From: an uncultured Methylomirabilota bacterium
GTDB lineage: Bacteria > Methylomirabilota > Methylomirabilia > Methylomirabilales > 2-02-FULL-66-22
Length of the DNA: 64,000 bases
Assembly (NCBI GenBank): GCA_963705305.1
Contig: OY970067.1
Span: 704,001-768,000 of the forward strand
Direction of reading: 5' to 3'
In this document: positions 39,751-49,965 of the stretch, piece after piece
How positions within the stretch are numbered: the stretch's first letter is position 1
Layout: every line of letters starts with the position of its first letter
Position numbers and translations under genes: made by a program
The notes under the pieces: model-generated
Databases searched by the model: none
Seen by the model: only the letters and a program-made list of their open reading frames with translations
Told to the model about the DNA's origin: nothing

Positions 39751-40617
39751 TCAACTCTCCCCTTGCGAGAACAGCCGGATCTGGAAGACCGTGAAGAGCA
39801 TGACGGCGGCGAAGAGAAAGACGCTCATGGCCGCCGCCCGTCCCATCTTGAAGAACTCGAAGGCGGTCTGGTAGATGAAGAGCGGCAACACCCTGGTCGC
39901 GTCGGCCGGCCCGCCCCCGGTCATGATGAGCGGGACGGCAAACACCTTCATGGCGACGATCACGCTCATCACCATGACGAGCAGCGTCGTGGGCTTCAAG
40001 AGCGGCAGGGTGATGTGGCGGAATTGCCCCCAGGGGCCGGCGCCGTCGATCTCGGCCGCCTCGTAGTACTCCCGCGGGATGGCCTGGAGGCCGGCTAGGA
40101 AGATCACCATGTAATAGGGGGTGGCCCGCCAGATGCCGATGATGATGATCGCCCACAGCGCCCACACACTGCTGCGCAGCCAGGGGATGGGATCGAGACC
40201 GAACCAGCCCAAGATGGTGTTGACCACGCCGTCCTGGTTGTACATGAAGGTCCAGACGACCGCGTTTACCACCGCCGGCATGACCACGGGCATGAAGGCT
40301 GCCGAGCGAAACAGGTTCTTGGCCCGGATCTCCCGGTTGAACAGCACGGCCAGGGCCAGCGATAGCACCCAGACGGGGACGCAACTGAACACCACGTAGG
40401 CGACCGAGACCCAGGCCGAGTGCAGAAACAGGGGATCCTGGAGCAGGTCGACGAAGTTCGCCAGCCCGATGAATTTCGGCGGGCGGAGCAAGTCGTACTC
40501 CTGGAAGCTGATGTAGAACGCCTGCAGCATGGGGAGAAAGCGGAAGAGGACGATGATGGCCAGCGTCGGGAAGAGAATGGCATACGCGAAGAATGCCTGC
40601 TTGGCCGCCAGGCTCAT
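39751..40617 (-). CDS. Carbohydrate ABC permease
   Basis: EYYEAAEIDGA; MTGGGP. Confidence 0.9.
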   Translation of the reverse strand: MSLAAKQAFFAYAILFPTLAIIVLFRFLPMLQAFYISFQEYDLLRPPKFIGLANFVDLLQDPLFLHSAWVSVAYVVFSCVPVWVLSLALAVLFNREIRAKNLFRSAAFMPVVMPAVVNAVVWTFMYNQDGVVNTILGWFGLDPIPWLRSSVWALWAIIIIGIWRATPYYMVIFLAGLQAIPREYYEAAEIDGAGPWGQFRHITLPLLKPTTLLVMVMSVIVAMKVFAVPLIMTGGGPADATRVLPLFIYQTAFEFFKMGRAAAMSVFLFAAVMLFTVFQIRLFSQGES

Positions 40618-40736
40618 GCCGAGCCTCCGGCGGACGGCCTGCGGGCGGGCGGATGCGAGGTCGTGCAAGCGAGTCTCCCGCGGCCGACGGGCCCCGCAGT
40701 TTCCTGCCATGCGGGGCCCGTCGCCGGACGGCTGCC

Positions 40737-42050
40737 CTACTTTTTCAGGATCTTCTCGACCGACGCCTGAGCGGCGTCCAGCGCCGCCTTCGGATCGGCG
40801 TTGTCGTAGACCACGCTGTCCACGGCGCGTCCGACGGCTTGCGCGATCTCGTTGACATCCTCCGACCGGACGTACCAGCTGGCCGTCGCGACATCCTTCA
40901 TGTGCACGTCAAAGAAGGGGAACTTCTTGGCCACCTCGGTCTCGGCCAGGCCCTTGACGGGCTGCACGAAGCCCGCCTTGGCCAGCCACTCGTCCGGCTT
41001 GGCCAGCATGAACCGGACGAAGTCCCAGGCGGCGATCTTGTTCTTCTCGGGCCGGTTCTTGTTCACGCCCCAGGCCCACCCGTAAACCATGGTGTGCGGC
41101 TTGGCCGGATCGACCTGCGGGAATCCGACCACGGTGAAGTCGTTCTTGATGGGCGACTTGACGACCTGCGGCGTGGCCCAGGGGCCGGTGACCCACATGG
41201 CGGTGAAGCTGTCCAGAAAATCCTGGTTCGGGTCGCTGGCGGTGTTCTTGGTGGTCTTGGGATCCCCGCACGCCTTGGTGACGTCGCGCCAGAGCGTGAG
41301 GGCCTTCACCGTCTCGGGGCTGTTGAGATAGGCGGTCTTCCCGTCGTCGCTCAGGATCTTGCCGCCGAACTGCTCGGTCATGGGCTGGAGGTCCTGCAGT
41401 TGCCAGCGGGGGCTGTGATAGGGGAACTCGAAGGCCTTCTGGATGGTCCGCCGGCCCTCGACCTTCCGGAGCTTCGGGCAGATCGCCATGAGGTCTTTCC
41501 AGGTCTTGGGCGCGTCCTTCCGAGGGTCGAGGCCCGCGGCGGCGAACAGTTTGTTGTTGAGGAAGAGGCTCATGGAGTTTCCCTGGTAGGGCAGCGTGTA
41601 CACCTTGCCGTCGAACGTGCCCGAGGTCAGCCCGCCGGTCACGTAGTGGGCCATGAGCTCGCGGTACGTCTTGACCCCGAAGACGTTGAGGTTGACGGGC
41701 TCCAGGACCCCTTTGACGTAGTAGGCCACGTAGTACGAGGCATCCGCATCCATGATGTCGGGGCCGGTGCCTGACGCCAGCGCCACCGTCAGCTTCTGGT
41801 TCATGTCGGTGGACGAGGCCACGGTGGGATTGATGGTGACGTTCGGCCGCACTTTCTTGTAGGCCTCGATCAGCTCTTTCACGTAGGCGGTGAACGGCCC
41901 GTACTCGTGCCACCACACTTCCAGCGTGATCTTGTCGGTCGGGAAGGCAAAGCTGGGCTGCGCGGCCCGGGCCGGCCCCGGCGTCAGGCAGCCGACCAGG
42001 AAGGCACCCACGAGGAGCGGAACTACGAGAACTCCTGCCGGCACTCTCAT
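40737..42050 (-). CDS. Sugar ABC transporter substrate-binding protein
   Basis: Signal peptide; GTGPDI, LFLNNKLF..PKTW, TGPW. Confidence 0.88.
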   Translation of the reverse strand: MRVPAGVLVVPLLVGAFLVGCLTPGPARAAQPSFAFPTDKITLEVWWHEYGPFTAYVKELIEAYKKVRPNVTINPTVASSTDMNQKLTVALASGTGPDIMDADASYYVAYYVKGVLEPVNLNVFGVKTYRELMAHYVTGGLTSGTFDGKVYTLPYQGNSMSLFLNNKLFAAAGLDPRKDAPKTWKDLMAICPKLRKVEGRRTIQKAFEFPYHSPRWQLQDLQPMTEQFGGKILSDDGKTAYLNSPETVKALTLWRDVTKACGDPKTTKNTASDPNQDFLDSFTAMWVTGPWATPQVVKSPIKNDFTVVGFPQVDPAKPHTMVYGWAWGVNKNRPEKNKIAAWDFVRFMLAKPDEWLAKAGFVQPVKGLAETEVAKKFPFFDVHMKDVATASWYVRSEDVNEIAQAVGRAVDSVVYDNADPKAALDAAQASVEKILKK

Positions 42051-42150
42051 CTGCCATCTCCTTCGCACAAAACGTTGCGGCCGCCTCTGCACGCACGCGC
42101 TTCCGACATGTCCCGCCGCGCCGCCCATCCGGCGCGCGACGCGCTCTCGC

Positions 42151-42516
42151 TCACTCCTGCTCCATCGCCTGCAAGCGGGCGAGGATGTCCGGTCTGAGCG
42201 GGGCGAACACATCCAGGACCTGCACGTACTCCTCGAGACTTTCGATCGAGTGGAGGACCTGGCTGGGAATATGGGCAATCTCGCCGGGGCCGAGCACGCG
42301 CTCCTCCCCTCCGATCACGAAGCGCATGCGTCCCTTCAGGACCAGGCTGAATTGTTCCGCCTCGTGCCGGTGCGCCGTGCATTTCAGGTTGGGGAAGGCC
42401 TCGTGCAGGCACAGCATGGCCCGCTCGCCCAGGATGGTCTGGCGGGACATGCCGGCGGGGAGGGATGCGTTGGGCACGAGGTCCCGGGCCACCTCGCGCC
42501 AGGCATAGAATGGCAC
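42151..42516 (-). CDS. Cupin domain protein
   Basis: HRHEAEQ and IPSQVLHS; DVFAPLRPD. Confidence 0.85.
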   Translation of the reverse strand: MPFYAWREVARDLVPNASLPAGMSRQTILGERAMLCLHEAFPNLKCTAHRHEAEQFSLVLKGRMRFVIGGEERVLGPGEIAHIPSQVLHSIESLEEYVQVLDVFAPLRPDILARLQAMEQE

Positions 42517-42519
42517 GGA

Positions 42520-43188
42520 TTACCTCGCGGGGTGCTCGCGCTCTGCGCCGATCGAGGTCAGGAGCCGGCGCGCCGTCCCCTCATGGTGTTCAATCGCATG
42601 CCGCTCGGCCGCCGCCGCGTCGCCCCGGGCCAGCGCCCTCGCAATCAAGCGGTGATCTTGCGTGAGCCGCTCCAGCCGTCCCGGGATGAGCACGCTGATG
42701 TTGCGGAAGCGCTGGCTGGCGGCGTACAGGTTCTCCAGCAGCTCTTGGAGTCGAGCCGCTCGAGCGGCCTTCCAGATGATCCGGTGGAATTTGCGGTTCG
42801 CATCCAGCACCGCCTTGAGATCGCGGACGCCGACGGCGGCCTGCATGTCGTCCAACAGGTCGCTCAGCCGCTGGTGGTCGGCGGGGGTGAGATGGGGGGT
42901 TGCCAGGCGGGCAGCCAGCCCGTCCAGGACGGCGCGGATGTGATAGATCTCGACGATCTCTGCTTCCGACAGCTCGCTGACGACCGCGCCCCGGTGAGGC
43001 GTGATGGTGATCAGGCCTGCAACCCCGAGCCGGTGGAGGGCCTCCCGGACCGGCATTCGGCTCACGCCGAGCTCTTTGGCGACCTCGTCGGCGATGAGGC
43101 GTTTCCCCGCCGGGTAGCGGCCACTGAGCACCGCGTCCCGGATGGTGTCGTAGGCGATCTCCTGCATGGTCCGATAGGCCACCGCCAT
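42520..43188 (-). CDS. GntR family regulator (FCD domain)
   Basis: LGVSRMPVREAL; NRKFH; DHRLI. Confidence 0.92.
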   Translation of the reverse strand: MAVAYRTMQEIAYDTIRDAVLSGRYPAGKRLIADEVAKELGVSRMPVREALHRLGVAGLITITPHRGAVVSELSEAEIVEIYHIRAVLDGLAARLATPHLTPADHQRLSDLLDDMQAAVGVRDLKAVLDANRKFHRIIWKAARAARLQELLENLYAASQRFRNISVLIPGRLERLTQDHRLIARALARGDAAAAERHAIEHHEGTARRLLTSIGAEREHPAR

Positions 43189-43271
43189 GCGCGATCTTCC
43201 TTCGTCGACCGGGTTGGCCGATCTTCCGGTTTCGGAGCGTCCGAGCGTTCAGGCCGGCTTTACCCGGCAGC

Positions 43272-43313
43272 TGGATAATGGATACAATATCCAATTCTCC
43301 ACCGGCGTGTCAA
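43272..43313 (-). promoter_or_regulatory. gntR operon promoter with palindromic operator
   Basis: TTGACA (43313-43308), 18 nt, TATTGT; palindrome TGGATA-CAA-TATCCA at 43279-43293 overlaps the -10; extra TGGATA at 43272. Confidence 0.6.
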
Positions 43314-43477
43314 GGCGGAAAACCTCCCCAGGTGGAACGCGTCCCGGCGATGGCACCCATGGAGGAGCGCCGCGCAGCCGGTGAGGCGGGGGTGCCTGGC
43401 GGAGGGGTGCGGGCTGGGGTGTGGACGTGATTGCTCACCCGTAACGAGGATATTGTTGCTGAACTACAGTAGGGGCC

Positions 43478-44997
43478 CCCTAATCTCCGGCTAAGAAGTT
43501 GAGGGGGATCGCGAATCACGCAGCGGCCCGCAGTGCGCGCGGCCCGCGGGGTTGGCATCGGCCTTGCTTGGTTTCACCCAGTGGGTGCAAACACCACAAG
43601 GAGGAGAGCGATGCCCGACACCTCGCCCCGGTTGCCGTTCGAGATCGATGACGCGATCGACCCCACGCTGGTCACGGGCCGGGCCGGGGTCCCGCTCGTG
43701 ATCGAGCTGTTCCGCCAGCTCGGGGTGGCCCAGGCCGTCGACACCCACGTTGCGGTCAAGCAGCGGCAGCGCGGATTACCCCCCTCGCAGCTCGTGGAGA
43801 GTCTCGTCGCGTTGTGGACGAGCGGCGGGGACCGCTGCCAGGACCTCACGACGCTCCGGGAGGATCAGGCCCTGGCCACGCTGCTCGGCTACCCCCTGCC
43901 GGCCGCGACCACGGTCCGGGACTTCCTCGAGGCCTTCCACGTGGAGGACGGGCCGCTCTGGGTGGCCGGGCCCGCGGCCACGGTCCCCCTGGAGTCCGCC
44001 CCCTTGGCGGGCCTCGGACAGGCGAACCGGACGCTGGTCGCGGGCGTCCAGCGCGGGGCCCGGGCGGCGACGGCCACCCTGGATGTGGACGCGACGCTCG
44101 TCGAGAGCCACAAGGACGCGGCGACCGTGGCCTACGACGGGACCCGGGGCTACCAGCCCGTCGTGGTCCTCTGGGCCGAGCACGATGTCATCGTGCACGA
44201 CCAGTTCCGCGATGGCCAGGTGCCCGCCGGGTGCGGCAACGTGCGCGTCCTCGAACAGGCGGTGGCCAACTTGCCCCAGGGCGTGGACCGCATCTCCCTG
44301 CGGGCCGACAGCGCCCTCTACGAGACGGAGGTCCTCCGCTGGTGCGAGGAGAAGAAAATCGCCTACGCGATTAGCGCCGATATGTCCGCGCAGCTCCAGG
44401 CCGAGATCCGGCGCCTCCCCGCGGCCGCCTGGCAGCTCGAGCGGGAGGAGCCCGAGGCGATCCGGGCCTGGGCCGAAGTCCCCTACGTCCCCGAGGATGG
44501 CGATCACCGGAAGGCGCGGCCGTGCGTTCGCCGCTACCTCGCGGTGCGTATCCAGCGACGCCAGGGGAGCCTCTTCGCCGACGGGAGTAGCGTGCAGTAC
44601 TTCGCCGTGGTCACCAATCGGCCGGAGGATGGGCTCACGATCCTCCGGTGGCACCGGGAGAAAGCAGGGACCATCGAGCACACCCATCACGTCCTCAAGA
44701 CCGAGCTGGCGGCCGCCGCGCTGCCCAGTGGGAAGTTCGGGGCGAACGCCGCCTGGTTCCGGCTGAACGTGCTCACCTACAACCTGCTCACCGCGCTCAA
44801 GCGGTTGACCTTACCCGGAGATCTCCGGACCGCCCGGCCGAAGCGTCTCCGGTTCCTGCTGTTCAACACCGTCGGGAAGGTCGTCGCGCATGCCCGACGG
44901 ACGCTCTTGCGGCTCTCGGGCGCCCTGCAGCACGCCTTGCTCGTCCGGGCGCGGCGCAAGATCGCCCGGCTGGCCACCGCTTAGCCGGAGATTAGGG
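43478..44997 (+). mobile_element. IS1380-family insertion sequence, apparently intact (1520 bp)
   Basis: Perfect 18-bp TIRs CCCTAATCTCCGGCTAAG / CTTAGCCGGAGATTAGGG; flanking direct repeat GGGCC (43473-43477, 44998-45002). Confidence 0.9.
43611..44984 (+). CDS. IS1380-family DDE transposase
   Basis: TGRAG, LDVDAT, GYQP, LRADSA, IEHTHHVLK, PSGKFGANAAW; stop codon lies inside the right TIR. Confidence 0.92.
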   Translation: MPDTSPRLPFEIDDAIDPTLVTGRAGVPLVIELFRQLGVAQAVDTHVAVKQRQRGLPPSQLVESLVALWTSGGDRCQDLTTLREDQALATLLGYPLPAATTVRDFLEAFHVEDGPLWVAGPAATVPLESAPLAGLGQANRTLVAGVQRGARAATATLDVDATLVESHKDAATVAYDGTRGYQPVVVLWAEHDVIVHDQFRDGQVPAGCGNVRVLEQAVANLPQGVDRISLRADSALYETEVLRWCEEKKIAYAISADMSAQLQAEIRRLPAAAWQLEREEPEAIRAWAEVPYVPEDGDHRKARPCVRRYLAVRIQRRQGSLFADGSSVQYFAVVTNRPEDGLTILRWHREKAGTIEHTHHVLKTELAAAALPSGKFGANAAWFRLNVLTYNLLTALKRLTLPGDLRTARPKRLRFLLFNTVGKVVAHARRTLLRLSGALQHALLVRARRKIARLATA

Positions 44998-45101
44998 GGG
45001 CCCCTTTTGGCTTGACTCCAACGCTGAACCTGTGGCAGGGTCAAATGAACTCGCCGCCGAGTTCCTCTCGGGGGCCATTGACTACCGGCGACGGCTCAGA
45101 T

Positions 45102-46892
45102 GTGAACGACGGCATCTTCCCCCGGTCGCAGTCGGCCAGAGTGGACAACGCGAACTTCACCCCGGCTCCCAAGGAGCCGGCCATCGGGTCCCCTTCGAGC
45201 GCACGCGCTTGCCGGGCTGAGTTCGCCCTGCTCCTCGCGATCTGCCTGCCGTTTCTTTTCTTCAAGCTGGGGTTTCCATTCCTCGACATGGGTGAGGGCC
45301 TGTACGGGACGGTCGCCAGCGAGATGCTCAGGGGCGGCGACTGGGTCTTCCCACATTTCAACGGCCTGCCCTACCTCGAGAAGCCACCCCTTTACTTCTG
45401 GCTGTCGGCCGCGACGCTGGCGCTCGGCCTCTCCGCCGAGTGGGCGACCCGTCTGTGGTCTGCCCTGCCGGCCTTGGGGAGCGCGCTCCTCACGTGGCGA
45501 CTGGGGGTGCGCCTCTTTGGCGGGGACGCCGGTCTGCTGGCGGGCATCGCGCTGGCGACGACTCCCGGCTTCGTGCAGCTCGCCAGGCGGGCCTCCCCCG
45601 ACCTGCTCACGGTCTTCTGTCTTACCCTCGCCATCTACGGCTTCGTCCGCGACCTGGAGCGGCCGGCCGGCAGGGGGCGCTTCCTCATCTGCTACCTGGG
45701 CATCGCCCTGGGCCTCCTGAGCAAGGGGCTCATCGGCGCGCTCTTCCCACTCCTCATCCTCGGCATCTGGCTCGCCTGCACCCGGCGACCGTCCTGGCGC
45801 GAGCTGAACCTCGGGTGGGGCATGGCGCTCGTCGCCCTGGTGGCGCTGCCGTGGCACCTCGCCGTGGCCTGGCGGAGCCCCGCGCATCTCTGGTTCTACC
45901 TCATGGACAACCAGGTGCTCCGGTTTCTGAACTGGCGGGGCGTCGTCGAGGACGACGTTCCCATGTCCGCCCTCGCGTTCCTGCTGGTGACCTTTCTCCT
46001 GGCCTTTCCCTGGAGCGTGTTCGTGTTTGCCCGCGGGGAGCGGAGGCAGGCGCCGGCCTCCCGATCATTGGTCGGAATCTGGACGCTGGTCGTGATCGGC
46101 TTCTTCGCCCTGTCTCGGTCCAAGCTCGAGTACTACGCGCTGCCTGCCTTTCCCGCCCTGGCGCTCTGCGCCGGCTCGGCCTGGGCCTGGCGTCGCGGGA
46201 TAAGAATCTGGCTGCTGCTGGGCGCGGCGGGCTCCGCCTTGGTGGGGATATGGGCGCTCGCCGCGGGTGCCACGCTCACAGCCAGCCAAGCCCTGCGGGG
46301 GCTGGCGGAACTCAATGTCCAGTACCGCATCCTGCTCAATCAGGGCCTTCCGCTGCCGTTCGCTTCTCCCCGCCCGTTCGGGCTGCTCCTGCAGGGGCTC
46401 GGCGTCACACTGCTGGTGGGCTGGGGCCTTGCCGTGGCATGCTGGCTGCGGTCGCGGCCGCGCGGCGCCTTCGGGGCGCTGGTCCTCACGGCAGCCGGCA
46501 TCGCGGCTCTGATTCTTCTGCTCCTGCATGTCATCCAGCCATACCACTCCGCCCGGGCCGTCGGCCTAGCCATCCGCGAACGCGCCGCCGCCGCCGACGT
46601 TGTGGTCCACGAAGGGATGCTGGAGTACAGCGGGGCGTTGCCGCTGTATGCCGGGCGGCGGGTGCTGGTGGTTGACGGCCGGAGGGGCGACCTGGCCTTC
46701 GCGTCGCGGCTGCCCGAGGCCAAAGGCGTATTCCTCGACCGCCAGGAATTCACCCGCCTCTGGCAGGGCGAACGGCGCGTATTCCTGGTCACCCAGCGGC
46801 TTCCGTCCCGGAGCGTCATCTCGACGCTTCCCGCGGGTACCGTCCACGACCTCGGCCTGTACGGGTCGCGCCACCTGTTCTCGAATCGCTGA
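45102..46892 (+). CDS. ArnT/PMT-family (GT-C) membrane glycosyltransferase; start uncertain
   Basis: DMGEGLY..EM..GDW..P.FNG..YLEKPPLYFW; LSKG; SKLEYYALP. Confidence 0.88.
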   Translation: MNDGIFPRSQSARVDNANFTPAPKEPAIGSPSSARACRAEFALLLAICLPFLFFKLGFPFLDMGEGLYGTVASEMLRGGDWVFPHFNGLPYLEKPPLYFWLSAATLALGLSAEWATRLWSALPALGSALLTWRLGVRLFGGDAGLLAGIALATTPGFVQLARRASPDLLTVFCLTLAIYGFVRDLERPAGRGRFLICYLGIALGLLSKGLIGALFPLLILGIWLACTRRPSWRELNLGWGMALVALVALPWHLAVAWRSPAHLWFYLMDNQVLRFLNWRGVVEDDVPMSALAFLLVTFLLAFPWSVFVFARGERRQAPASRSLVGIWTLVVIGFFALSRSKLEYYALPAFPALALCAGSAWAWRRGIRIWLLLGAAGSALVGIWALAAGATLTASQALRGLAELNVQYRILLNQGLPLPFASPRPFGLLLQGLGVTLLVGWGLAVACWLRSRPRGAFGALVLTAAGIAALILLLLHVIQPYHSARAVGLAIRERAAAADVVVHEGMLEYSGALPLYAGRRVLVVDGRRGDLAFASRLPEAKGVFLDRQEFTRLWQGERRVFLVTQRLPSRSVISTLPAGTVHDLGLYGSRHLFSNR

Positions 46893-46970
46893 GCCCCCCG
46901 CGTCGGCGCCGCGGCGAGGCGAGGCGGCGGGGCGCAGGGTAGTCGGCCCAGCGACGAACCGGGCACGCGC

Positions 46971-48296
46971 ATGGAAAGCGGTCGCCTGCCGAGAGTGGTC
47001 CTGGTCCTGGGCGCCCGAGGCTTCCTGGGCGAGCACATCGTCGAGCAGCTGGCTGCCAGCGGTTGCGACGTGCTGGCCGCCCAGCGTTCGGGCTCCGGCC
47101 ACGCCTATTCGTCGCCGCGCATCACAGTGATCGAGGGGGATCTCCTGGACGGCGCATTCGTGCGCGGCGCCCTGGATCAGGCCGATGCCGCCATGTTCGC
47201 GGCCGGCCGCACCTGGCAGCCCGGCCTGGACGTCACCGAGTACCAGCGGCAAAACGTGGAGATCACCCGGCGATTCTTCGAGGCGCTGGGGCACCGGCCA
47301 CGCCTGCCCGTCGTCTTCACCTCGTCGCTCGCCACACTGTCCGGCAGCCGGATGCCCCATCTGTTCGCCGAGGACTCCGGCCGGCGTGAGGTCTGCGAGC
47401 GCGGGCTCAACCCGTATGCCCGGGCTAAGATCGTCTGCGAGCAGATGGCGCTGGATGCCGCCCGGCGCGGGAATCACGTCGTGATCCTCAACCCCGGTCA
47501 GCTCCTGGGGCCGGGGGCCCATCCCGGCTCGAACCTGGCATCGGCCTTCGTGCTGCTCTGGGTGTGCCAGGGAAAGGCTCCCTTCTTCGTCCGCGGCGGG
47601 ACGACCTACAGCGACGTGCGCGACGTGGCCCGCGGCCATGTGGCGGCGCTGGCCTGCGGCCGCAGCGGCCAGCGGTATGTGCTGGGCGGACATTGCCTCG
47701 AGCGGAGCGAGTTCTACGAGCGCGTCGCTCTTCTCAGCGGCCTGCGGCCGCCGCGGGGAGTGCCCCGCGGCGTCGCGTACGTGGTGACAGCACTGCATGA
47801 CGGGTTCGCCTCCCTCTCCGCCGGGCTGTTTAAGAGCCCCGTTCACCGCTCATTCGTCCGCGGGGAAGGCCTGTATTACTACGGCGACTCGCGGAAAGCG
47901 ATTCGCGAGCTCGCCTATACCATAACGCCCATCGAGGCGACTGTCCTCGACACCCTGCGCTACTATCACGCCAGGGGGCTGCTGCCTTCAGAGTTGGACT
48001 TCGTCAAGGACCTGACGGTGGAGGATGCTCCGGCGCTTGTGTTCCTGAGACAACTGGCGGCCAAGAACGCCTTTTCGCGTTTCCTGCTGGCCCGGATCGG
48101 GCGTGTACACGCGATCTGCCGATCGAACCACCAACTGCAGGCGGCCTTGACGCGATTACTCGCGGCGGCTCTGGGCGGCGGGCGAGCGGAGTCCGTCGCG
48201 AGCGCCAAGCAACTGGCGGAGGATCGCAAGCTTCTGAACCGATTCTTCGAGTACCTGTACTTTGCCTCCGACGAATTCCTGCGCGAGGTTGACTGA
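46971..48296 (+). CDS. NAD-dependent epimerase/dehydratase (HpnA/DFR-like) with C-terminal extension
   Basis: GARGFLG, TSS, YARAK, DVRDVARGH, GQRYVLGG, KAIRELAY, then about 100 extra residues. Confidence 0.82.
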   Translation: MESGRLPRVVLVLGARGFLGEHIVEQLAASGCDVLAAQRSGSGHAYSSPRITVIEGDLLDGAFVRGALDQADAAMFAAGRTWQPGLDVTEYQRQNVEITRRFFEALGHRPRLPVVFTSSLATLSGSRMPHLFAEDSGRREVCERGLNPYARAKIVCEQMALDAARRGNHVVILNPGQLLGPGAHPGSNLASAFVLLWVCQGKAPFFVRGGTTYSDVRDVARGHVAALACGRSGQRYVLGGHCLERSEFYERVALLSGLRPPRGVPRGVAYVVTALHDGFASLSAGLFKSPVHRSFVRGEGLYYYGDSRKAIRELAYTITPIEATVLDTLRYYHARGLLPSELDFVKDLTVEDAPALVFLRQLAAKNAFSRFLLARIGRVHAICRSNHQLQAALTRLLAAALGGGRAESVASAKQLAEDRKLLNRFFEYLYFASDEFLREVD

Positions 48297-48300
48297 GCGG

Positions 48301-49965
48301 ATGGGGGATCTCCCGCGAATCGAGGGCGGTGAATTCTGCGTCGTGGGGACCGGCGCGGCCGGCGGCATCCTCGCCTACCGCCTGGCGATGGAAGGCTTTT
48401 CGGTTCTCTCCCTGGAACAGGGTCAGCCCATCGCCGACAGCTACTTCACCAACGAGCTCAATCCCGAACACGACCCCCTGTTCGGCATCGCCCCGGATAT
48501 GCCCTGGCCGATCGACCCGAACGATCACTACTTCTACGGCGACGCCCAGGCGCACGCCCTTTACGCACGGGATGACGAGACCTCCACCACGGCCGCCTCC
48601 CACCGGGTGTTCGTGAATCGGCAGGTGTTCCGGCTGAACGGCAAGACCAATTTGTGGGGCGGCACAAGCCTCCGGTACTCCTCCCGGGATTTCCTCGGCA
48701 GGGAGTACGGAGATTCCGACGCCAACTGGCCCATCCGCTATGAGGACCTCGCCGCCCACTACGCGGCCGTCGAGCGGCTGATTGGCGTCTGCGGCACCCG
48801 CGAAGGGCTGGACCAAGTGCCGGATGGGGAGTTCCTGCCCCCCCTCCCGCTTCGCCCGGCGGATCACATCCTGCTGGAGGCGGTGAAGAGGCTGCGCGGA
48901 GCGGCGATTAGTGCCATCCCCAATCGGAAAGCCATTGAGACCCGCCTCGAGCAGCCCAATCACTGCCGCAGCTGCTGCGACTGCGTCTACGGCTGCCAGG
49001 CCGGGAGCGTCTACAAGTTTTCCAGCCGGCTGCAGCCACGGATCATCGGGCGAGGGAACTACCGCCTCCGCTGTGGGCTGAAGGTCGTGCGCCTGCTCCG
49101 CGAGGCCGGCACGAGCCGGATCCGGGCGGCCGAATGCCTGGACCTGGCCACCGGGAGGGCCGTCCAGGTCGAGGCGCGCGCCTTTATCCTGTGCTGCGGA
49201 GCCCTGGAAACCCCCCGCATCCTGTTCAATTCCAGGGACGACGCCTTCCCAAACGGATTGGCCAACAGCTCGGGGCTCCTGGGGCGCTATCTCCAGGATA
49301 ACGTCAGGGCCCTCCTCGGCGCATCGTTGGCGCCGCTCCTCGGCACGAGGGAGCGGTATCCGCAGGGCGCGGCCGACGCCCTCTTGATCCCGAGATTCCT
49401 TTTCGACAATCAGGGATTCCGGGGAGGCTACCAGGCCCAGTACTGCCACTTCCTACCTAAGCGGCCCTACTACCTCGATCAGATCCGGTGGGTCCCGGGC
49501 CGGATTAAGCCGCGGGTCGCCCGGCTCATCTTCCGCAGTCTTGTCGCCCTCTACTTCTTCGGCAAGCCAGAGGCGCGAGAGGATAACTGCGTGTTCCCCA
49601 GCCCGCAGCGGGACAGACACGGGGTCCCGCAAGTCGATGTCAGGTACGCCTTCCATCCGAACGATCTGCGGATGCAGGACAGTATGATCCGGTATGGTCG
49701 CCGGATCCTGCGGAAGTGCGGGGCTGTCGCGATCTCGGTCTTCACCGACCCCCGGCCGGGAGCGGGCATCCATTATGCCGGCACCTGTCGCATGGCATCC
49801 TCCCGCGACGCTGGAGTGGTCGATGATTGCCTCCGAGCCTTCGACCATGCCAACCTGTACCTGTGCGACGGCAGCGTCGTGCCCGAGATCTCAGAGAAGA
49901 ATCTGACCCTGACGATCATGGCGCTGGCCCACCGCCTGGCCGACCACCTGGCCGCCACGCGGTAG
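48301..49965 (+). CDS. GMC family flavoprotein oxidoreductase
   Basis: VVGTGAAGG, WPIRYEDL, ETPRILFNS, GLANSSGLLGRYL, HYAGTCRM, LTLTIMALA. Confidence 0.9.
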   Translation: MGDLPRIEGGEFCVVGTGAAGGILAYRLAMEGFSVLSLEQGQPIADSYFTNELNPEHDPLFGIAPDMPWPIDPNDHYFYGDAQAHALYARDDETSTTAASHRVFVNRQVFRLNGKTNLWGGTSLRYSSRDFLGREYGDSDANWPIRYEDLAAHYAAVERLIGVCGTREGLDQVPDGEFLPPLPLRPADHILLEAVKRLRGAAISAIPNRKAIETRLEQPNHCRSCCDCVYGCQAGSVYKFSSRLQPRIIGRGNYRLRCGLKVVRLLREAGTSRIRAAECLDLATGRAVQVEARAFILCCGALETPRILFNSRDDAFPNGLANSSGLLGRYLQDNVRALLGASLAPLLGTRERYPQGAADALLIPRFLFDNQGFRGGYQAQYCHFLPKRPYYLDQIRWVPGRIKPRVARLIFRSLVALYFFGKPEAREDNCVFPSPQRDRHGVPQVDVRYAFHPNDLRMQDSMIRYGRRILRKCGAVAISVFTDPRPGAGIHYAGTCRMASSRDAGVVDDCLRAFDHANLYLCDGSVVPEISEKNLTLTIMALAHRLADHLAATR

